Source: Andalucia godoyi And28 (Eukaryota; Protista; Jakobida). From it: DNA of 7,199 bases. How positions within the stretch are numbered: the first letter of the stretch is position 1; the number at the start of each line of letters is the position of its first letter. The notes under the pieces are model-generated. The model saw only the letters and a list, made by a program, of their open reading frames with translations, had not been told where the DNA came from and did not search any database. Location: NCBI GenBank assembly GCA_009859145.1, contig VRVR01000016.1:1-7199 (forward strand), written 5' to 3'. The position numbers and the translations under genes were made by a program. This document shows, in pieces, positions 1 through 5,317 of this stretch.

Positions 1-1
1 C

Positions 2-850
2 CACGTCGGAGAATGTACCAGCAGGACACTCACTGCAAACCGACATTGCATTCGCACCTACGATCGCAGAGTACGATCCCAATGGGCACGTCTGACATGT
101 TGAAGCATTCGATGCACCGAGTGCTGGAGAGAACGTCCCCGCAGGACACACCGTGCACATCGACGAATTTGCAGCTCCGGTCTCTGTGGAATACGTTCCG
201 GCAGCACACGGCATACATACAGAAGAGGCGTTCGCACCAACAACGAACGAGTACGTACCCGCTACGCACGGAACGCAAACATCAGACGTGTTGGCGCCTA
301 TCACACCAGAGTACGCTCCCGAAATACACGACATGCACGCGGCAACTGAGCTTGCACCCGAAATGTTTGAATACGTTCCGGCAGGACACGACTCGCACAC
401 CGACGAATTGGATGCACCGCTCACCGTCGAGAATGTTCCGGCGGGACAATGCTGGCACGTTGAACTGCTCGTTGCTCCAACGGCCGTGGAATACGTTCCA
501 GGCGGACACTGGAATGCCGATTCGGTCGAATTCAGCCCAGACTGGTTCGAGTACAGCCCAGCTGGGAGATCGAGACAAGTGGTCGAGTTACTCGCTCCTG
601 TTGTTGCAGAAAATGAACCAGCCGGGCACGGAACGCAGCTCGCAGAAGAATTTGCACCGATTTCTGACGAGAATGTCCCTGAAGGACAAGCTGTGCATGC
701 TGATGAATTTGACGCACCCATAACGCTCGAAAATGTTCCGACGGGACAAGAAGAGCATGAAAGCGAGTTCGCTGCTGATGTATAATTCCCTGCAGAACAA
801 GGAATGCACGTCATTGACGTTTGTGATTCTCGATAGCTGCCAGGAGGACA
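2..850 (-). repeat. Tandem Cys-rich repeats CPxG(T/S)(Y/F)Sxxx GAxxxxxCxx (20 aa / 60 nt)
   Basis: Unit starts at 848, 797 and 746, then every 60 nt down to 26, giving 15 units. The first two are 17 aa and the last is cut by the window edge. The CxxCPAGTYS pattern is typical of GCC2_GCC3/Ephrin_rec_like repeats. Confidence 0.9.
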
Positions 851-1966
851 GGAGAAGAGGGCAATCACACTAAAAATTGTAGTACTCACGCTCTCAACTG
901 AGTTCAGTCCAAGAACACTGACCGGAGTCTGTCGATCTGTCGTCGTGCCATCCGCGAGCTGTCCGTAGTTATTCTTACCCCAGCATTTCACACTTCTATC
1001 AGCTAGCACTGCGCAGCTGTGAGAATTTCCTGTACTTAACCTAATAGCAGGTGCCAGTCCGGAAACATTCACGGGCGTTAACTTGTCTATCGTTGTATTA
1101 TCTCCAACTTGTCCAAAATCATTATACCCCCAGCATTTCACACGTGCGTCAGAAAGCAAAACACAAGTGTGAAAACCTCCGGCACTCACCTGAATTACAG
1201 ACGACAGTCCGAGAACAGCAACCGGAGCCGCTCGATTTGTGAACGAACCATCTCCGAGCTGTCCGTATGCATTGTGACCCCAGGCTCTCAGAGTTCCATC
1301 AGACAGTAAGACAAAACCTTGATTTCCTCCAGTGTCCAACGCAATGGCGGTTGACACTCCCGAGACACTCACAGGTGTCGATGAGTCTGTTCCTGAACCA
1401 TCCCCGAGCTGTCCATAAACATTCTCTCCCCAGCACATCACACTTCCATCAGTCAGCAATGCGCAAGTGTAGGTTTCTCCAGCGCTGATCGAAGTGGCGG
1501 TTGTTACTCCAGAAACAAGTACGGGAAACGGTCGGTTTGTCGTTGTGCCGTCTCCAAGTTCTCCGTTCGCATTATAGCCCCAGCATTTCACAACTCCGCC
1601 AACGAGCAATGCGCAACTGTACGATACACCAGCGCTGACGGAAACGGCGGATGTTATTCCAAAAACATTCACAGGTGACGCCCGGTTTGTCGTTGTGCCG
1701 TCTCCAAGTTGTCCGGAACTGTTCAAGCCCCAACATTTCACAGTTCCATCAGATATCACAGCACAGGTGTGAGAATCTCCTGCACTCGCTGAAACAACGG
1801 ACGTCAGTCCGAGAACATTAACAGGAGATGCTTGATTTGTTGTCGTACCGTCTCCAAGCTGTCCGTATGTGTTATCACCCCATCCTACAACCAGGAATTC
1901 TGCATTCGATTGCAAGCAAAGAAAGCCGAGAATTGCTGTAAAAAACAGAAATGCGGCCTTCTTCAT
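2..1966 (-). CDS. Secreted/surface protein: signal peptide + 7 RCC1/BLIP-II-type repeats + at least 15 Cys-rich GCC2_GCC3/ephrin-receptor-like repeats (3'-partial, at least 655 aa)
   Basis: Manual translation of the minus frame with + strand triplets starting at 2,5,8... shows no stop from ATG 1966 to the window edge. The next in-frame upstream stop is at 2144-2146 with no ATG in between. The protein reads MKKAAFLFFTAILGFLCLQSNAEFLVVGWGDNTYGQLGDGTTTNQASPVNV...SAGDSHTCAVISDGTVKCWGLNSSGQLGDG...CPPGSY...CPAGTFS...CPAGTYS. It is absent from the ORF track, presumably because its stop lies outside the window. Confidence 0.93.
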   Translation of the reverse strand, partial: MKKAAFLFFTAILGFLCLQSNAEFLVVGWGDNTYGQLGDGTTTNQASPVNVLGLTSVVSASAGDSHTCAVISDGTVKCWGLNSSGQLGDGTTTNRASPVNVFGITSAVSVSAGVSYSCALLVGGVVKCWGYNANGELGDGTTTNRPFPVLVSGVTTATSISAGETYTCALLTDGSVMCWGENVYGQLGDGSGTDSSTPVSVSGVSTAIALDTGGNQGFVLLSDGTLRAWGHNAYGQLGDGSFTNRAAPVAVLGLSSVIQVSAGGFHTCVLLSDARVKCWGYNDFGQVGDNTTIDKLTPVNVSGLAPAIRLSTGNSHSCAVLADRSVKCWGKNNYGQLADGTTTDRQTPVSVLGLNSVESVSTTIFSVIALFSCPPGSYRESQTSMTCIPCSAGNYTSAANSLSCSSCPVGTFSSVMGASNSSACTACPSGTFSSEIGANSSASCVPCPAGSFSATTGASNSTTCLDLPAGLYSNQSGLNSTESAFQCPPGTYSTAVGATSSSTCQHCPAGTFSTVSGASNSSVCESCPAGTYSNISGASSVAACMSCISGAYSGVIGANTSDVCVPCVAGTYSFVVGANASSVCMPCAAGTYSTETGAANSSMCTVCPAGTFSPALGASNASTCQTCPLGSYSAIVGANAMSVCSECPAGTFSDV
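880..1900 (-). repeat. Seven intragenic RCC1-type repeats (50 aa / 150 nt), predicted 7-bladed beta-propeller
   Basis: The Trp codons of the WG motif lie at 1880, 1730, 1580, 1430, 1280, 1130 and 980, an exact 150-nt period. Consensus: SAGxxHTCAvLsDGtVKCWGxNxxGQLGDGTTTxRxxPVxVxGl. Confidence 0.92.
1901..1966 (-). other. Predicted N-terminal signal peptide (about 22 aa)
   Basis: MKK (basic n-region), AAFLFFTAILGFLCL (hydrophobic core), QSNA|E (small residues at -3 and -1). Confidence 0.75.
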
Positions 1967-2340
1967 CGTGAACCACGTCGCCTGAGCGATGATCAGCACA
2001 AATTTCCAAAATTCTTTCTCGGAAAAACGACAAGCTGGCTCTGACGCAGAATCGCACGTCGCACCTGGGAAGCGAGTATTTTTGGTTTGTTCGCAAACCC
2101 AATTCGCCACCGAGCAAGCTGTTACAGAGATGAAATCGTTCGATCATTTGTTGACTGCTAAGAAACACAAATCGTCAGAGCAGATGCTTTGTGAACTCGA
2201 AATTGCTTGCCAGCTCGCCAGCCCAGCCGTGCTTCAGCCTTTGCACCAACCCGTCGTTACACATCAGCACTGCTCGCCTCTTGGGGTGCGTGGGGCCAGT
2301 GTCCACCGCCCAGTAGATCACAGCTTCACACAAACATCCT

Positions 2341-2660
2341 CTAAATGGCAGTCTGCAACTGCCATTAGTCATGGGGCTAACGTAACGCACGTTAACCTAA
2401 CGTCCGACTTTTCCAGCGAGACGGTGCGTTAACCCTTCAAACGGCCTCCGTTATTACTGGGGCTTACAACAACGTCGCTATTAATGTATATAATCAAGGA
2501 ATTCTGTTATTTCAGAAGCAGCCTACGCAAAATAATTCCGTGAGGCTGACTGCCGTTAACGGCAGGTCGAAAAATTCATGCCAATGTTAACGGCTGTACA
2601 ATTCAGCGTTACTCCACCGCTAACTGCCATCCTGGAATTTTAAATTTAAATAAAAAAACA
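2341..2660. promoter_or_regulatory. Non-coding motif cluster: six YAACKG (Myb-type) hexamers, four GTTAAC, palindromes and an AT-rich block; function unassigned
   Basis: YAACKG on either strand at 2356, 2448, 2553, 2557, 2588 and 2621. GTTAAC at 2391, 2428, 2555 and 2586. Perfect 16-bp palindrome CTGCCGTTAACGGCAG at 2550-2565, and TTTAAATTTAAA at 2639-2650. It lies about 375-690 nt upstream of the RCC1-repeat gene ATG. The motifs are seen directly; the regulatory role is inference. Confidence 0.4.
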
Positions 2661-2922
2661 CATCAATGGCAAATGATGGACCTCGGCTAATCGGGAACCA
2701 TTTCGGTTCGTGATCGGTCGGTACTGGTGAGTCGTGTATAAATCATCAAACACTACACAGTATGAAGCTATGCGAAACAGAGCTGAAAGTCGGCGCCATT
2801 TCTGCGGTTGTCACTTTTCAGAGTTTGCAATCACCGAGTTTCAACACGGCGATCGAGCAACTGTGAACTTTCTGTTTCGAATGAATCTTGTCACAGCAAC
2901 TCGAGCGCGCTTCATCTCCTTA

Positions 2923-2947
2923 GTGTGTGTGTGTGTGTGTGTGTGTG
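2923..2947. repeat. (GT)12 microsatellite
   Basis: Uninterrupted GT run at 2923-2946 plus G, followed by a GGGT-like stretch to 2970. Confidence 0.95.
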
Positions 2948-3335
2948 CGAATGTGGGTGTGGGTGGGTGGATGATCTGCAATGACTGCTGAATGATCCTC
3001 CAATGCTTGCAACTGACAGACCAGTCTTGGTGCAAAGCCAAGATGCTGTGTCTCACCATTCTGAGTGATAGCACCAGTATCGATCGTCGATTGTTACGAC
3101 CCAAGTCGATTTTCATGCGAACTCGTGCTTTGCAGATGCTAGAAGCTTTGTGCCTGCTCTCCCTCCTTTTTATCGGTGTAGGTTCTCAATGACAAGTAGT
3201 TTTTTGCTCCTCGCGCTGTCGCAGAAGTCCCAGCATGTCGGAATGTCGAAGGAAGGGCGAGATGCAGCGTGTGCGCAGTCGTTGAGCAAGGAGGATATGT
3301 GCAGCACTTATCATTCTCATGATGGCCACCTTCGG

Positions 3336-3449
3336 TCACCCATTCGCGCACGAGTCGCCTTCGTGGCACAGCGCGGTGCACCGACGGTTGTTCTTGATGC
3401 ATGGACAGTGTGGGTTGGAGCATTTCTTTTTCGCTCTCCTACAGTTACA
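3336..3449 (-). other. CXC-like (tesmin/CRC-related) zinc-binding domain
   Basis: Pattern C-x-C-x6-C-x4-C-x-C-x6-C-x3-C-H-x4-C-x-N. The x4/x1/x6/x3 spacing and terminal CxN match the tesmin-type CXC core, with CH-x4-C in place of C-x-C-x2-C. It sits at the end of ORF 3336..3632 (98 aa). Confidence 0.75.
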
Positions 3450-4574
3450 GAAGCGCGGTCCGTCGTTTGGCAATATTGGCTCGACACCCGTTGAATGCTT
3501 CATCCCAGCTTCGGAGACGGATATCGTTTCCACTGTCTCTTGGCTTTGGTATTTTTGGAACATGTCTCGGAGTTGCGTATCTTGGTTTGTTGTTCCCTTG
3601 AGAGCAAGTGCCACGAGAGCGGAAGACTTCATCGCAGGCTCGACCAGCTTCCTTCAAAGAGGACCTTGTACGAATCCATTGGCTTTCCTGTTCTTCGGTT
3701 GCGCATCCGCTCTGCGACAACTCCAGGCTGTCTCACGGGAGGCCAGTTTGCTTGCCCCTGGAACATCGAAATACACTGGCGCTCCCTCTTCGAATGTGAT
3801 GACAGAGTCGGCGGTGGGCGCAGGAGACGCAAATTGCGATGGCTCCGGAGATCCCAAGTCCCCGAGGAGATGCATCGATGGGTCAGGTCGATGGGCGATT
3901 CCGAAAGCACCGGTGATTGAAGGCTCAAGTCGACTGTTGCGTCAGGAGCAGGATGCTGTTGCGATTTGTTGACGGTTGCAGCAAACACGTCGTAGATATC
4001 CAAATTCTGTCTACGCAATCTCTGAAAGGACATCAGGACAGGAGCAGCAGCAAACGAAAACGGCAAGTGCAAAACACCGCAGCAGCAAACGGGTCCGCAG
4101 GACGATTGCCTGGATGTGGAGATGACCGTTTCATTGCACAGCAGCTCCATACAGGTCTCAAGCGAACAGATACTCGTTGCCGTGTACAAGGAGGATCGGC
4201 AAACAGCTCATCATTTTCACAAAATCAAGAATTACTGAAGACACTGTATTATGCCAGTCTGCGCGCCAACACCGCACTTGAGTCGTTCTCGGATCGTTAT
4301 AATTCTGTGCGCAGAAACCGCCAAACGATATTTTCTTGTGCGTTTCTGCATTCATCTTCCATTTCTCGCAGACCTGCGCATACTGCGGCACCACCACACA
4401 CGCATTTTTAATGACGGACCGATAGCTACGGTGCTTCTGGCTGCACAGTTTCTCGATATGGGTAGAGCGGGAGCGGAATCAGTGCTGCTGGACATCAGCG
4501 AGCTCGTTTGGTGCGATCGGTGAGCTGTACTTCTCAATGTAAAATGTGCTGCCATCCTCAGTTTTTCGTCTCAT
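3336..4574 (-). pseudogene. Decayed coding relic, tentatively a Ginger2/KRBA2-SCAND3-type integrase-transposase remnant (HHCC-like N-terminus, SH3-like barrel, C-terminal CXC-like domain)
   Basis: The C-terminus ETISVSEAGMKHS...RFCNCRRAKKKCSNPHCPCIKNNRRCTALCHEGDSCANG* is clear. Upstream, FEEGAPVYFDVP / PGVVAE...YKVLFEG / KLVEPAMKSSAL can be joined only by two frame changes. Further upstream, ELADVQQH*..STH..VCEKW resembles a damaged HHCC motif. There are several in-frame stops, no recognisable D-D-E triad and no terminal inverted repeats. Confidence 0.45.
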
Positions 4575-5014
4575 TGTTGCACTTTGGACCGGTGAGCGCG
4601 CGACAGGCGTCGTGATGGGGCTGTCTGTCGTCCGCTGGCAGTGGCGCAAGCACGGTTCTTCAAGAACAAGGCGTGAAACGGCGATATCACAGAAGAACAC
4701 AGGAGTGTAGAGCTCCGTTGAGCAGCTCCTCGTCGATGCAGGCGCATGCCGATGCACCAAATACATGAACAGCACAGAGAAAAACAGAAATGAATGATCA
4801 GTTTATGACCTAATTAACCAAAAAACACAACTCTGCAGGGAGGCAGCCAGAAGCGACGATTTTTGAGATACAAAGAGATCTTGTTGTGGATGATGCATAT
4901 ATTCGAAATCGCATCTTGGTAACGAGTAGGAACAGAGATATAACAGAAATGCGCAGCCATGCGAAATCGACTTCGGTCGGCTCAAAAATTTACGTGCAAC
5001 TCCTGAACGGCGTC

Positions 5015-5130
5015 GTCCCCAAGAGAATTTCTTCTGCCAGGTTGCTCTCCGTCCCCGACTCTACGAGTTCCCAGCATTATCTCAGAAAAGGTGCTGTGGA
5101 CCATTTTCCGTATTTGTCCCCAAGAGAATT
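5015..5130. repeat. Pair of perfect 15-bp direct repeats (GTCCCCAAGAGAATT) separated by 86 nt
   Basis: Copies at 5015-5029 and 5116-5130, in intergenic DNA. Confidence 0.9.
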
Positions 5131-5317
5131 AAAAAACGCAAACCACATGCAATAAGATGATGAATGAATTGGGAAGATATTTCTAAATTAAAGCGGCCGC
5201 AGTCTAGCGGGCTAGCGATCGACGATCGACACTGATTCTCTCGCTCTGACTTTTTTATGTTCATTTTTATGCAATAGAACGACCGAGGAGAGACTCATGC
5301 TCCACTCTCGCCTCTTC

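Noticed and set aside
541-560. GGTTCGAGT, like a tRNA T-loop
   Set aside because: It lies within the CDS repeat register and no cloverleaf can be formed.
13-723. + strand 236-aa ORF and the small ORFs overlapping 30-2044
   Set aside because: These are alternative-frame or antisense products of the repeat gene, with no independent motifs.
153-785. + strand ORF with EYVPAGH-like repeats (210 aa)
   Set aside because: It is the antisense shadow of CPAGTYS in the frame sharing third codon positions. It is closed by stops at 93-95 and 783-785, while the minus frame is open throughout and has a signal peptide.
2344-2381. Hairpin followed 10 nt later by CTAA, like a Helitron 3' end
   Set aside because: CTAA is followed by C rather than the expected T, and no Rep/helicase sequence is present.
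1989-2432. 147-aa + strand ORF containing FLVCSQTQF...FDHLLTAKKHK, resembling a U1/JAZ-type C2H2 finger
   Set aside because: Only one Cys is present and the spacing is wrong (C-x18-H-x6-H). It is probably a chance ORF in the upstream region of the minus-strand gene.
2429-2445. TTAACCCTT, like a piggyBac end
   Set aside because: No matching inverted terminus (AAGGGTTAA) was found in the window, and there are no piggyBac transposase motifs.
3319-3972. 217-aa + strand ORF, plus + strand ORFs 3917..4411 and 4251..4523
   Set aside because: No recognisable motifs (checked for TnpB/Fanzor RuvC and zinc-finger patterns). They are best explained as antisense shadows of the minus-strand relic.
3975-4035. 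LMSFQRLRRQNLDIYDVF, resembling an IS66 transposase C-terminus
   Set aside because: The preceding NNxAERxLR motif is absent, so this is too little to support the call.
4095-4130. NGHLHIQAIV, resembling an HUH endonuclease motif II
   Set aside because: It is a short match immediately after a stop codon, with no motif I or catalytic Tyr motif III.
3336-4481. Several in-frame TGA codons, suggesting a TGA=Trp genetic code
   Set aside because: The frame also contains TAG and nonsense-like stretches. Both intact genes use TGG for Trp and contain no internal TGA.
4780-4792. AAAAACAGAAATG shared with 1941-1953 and partly with 7143-7153
   Set aside because: It is a low-complexity match, and one copy lies inside the signal-peptide codons.
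5015-5130. CRISPR-like repeat-spacer
   Set aside because: There are only two 15-bp copies with an 86-nt gap, no cas genes, and the context is eukaryotic.
5157-5249. C/D-box snoRNA candidate (ATGATGA at 5157, CTGA at 5232 and 5246)
   Set aside because: The motifs occur at chance frequency, the terminal stem is at most 3 bp, and no guide complementarity is recognisable.
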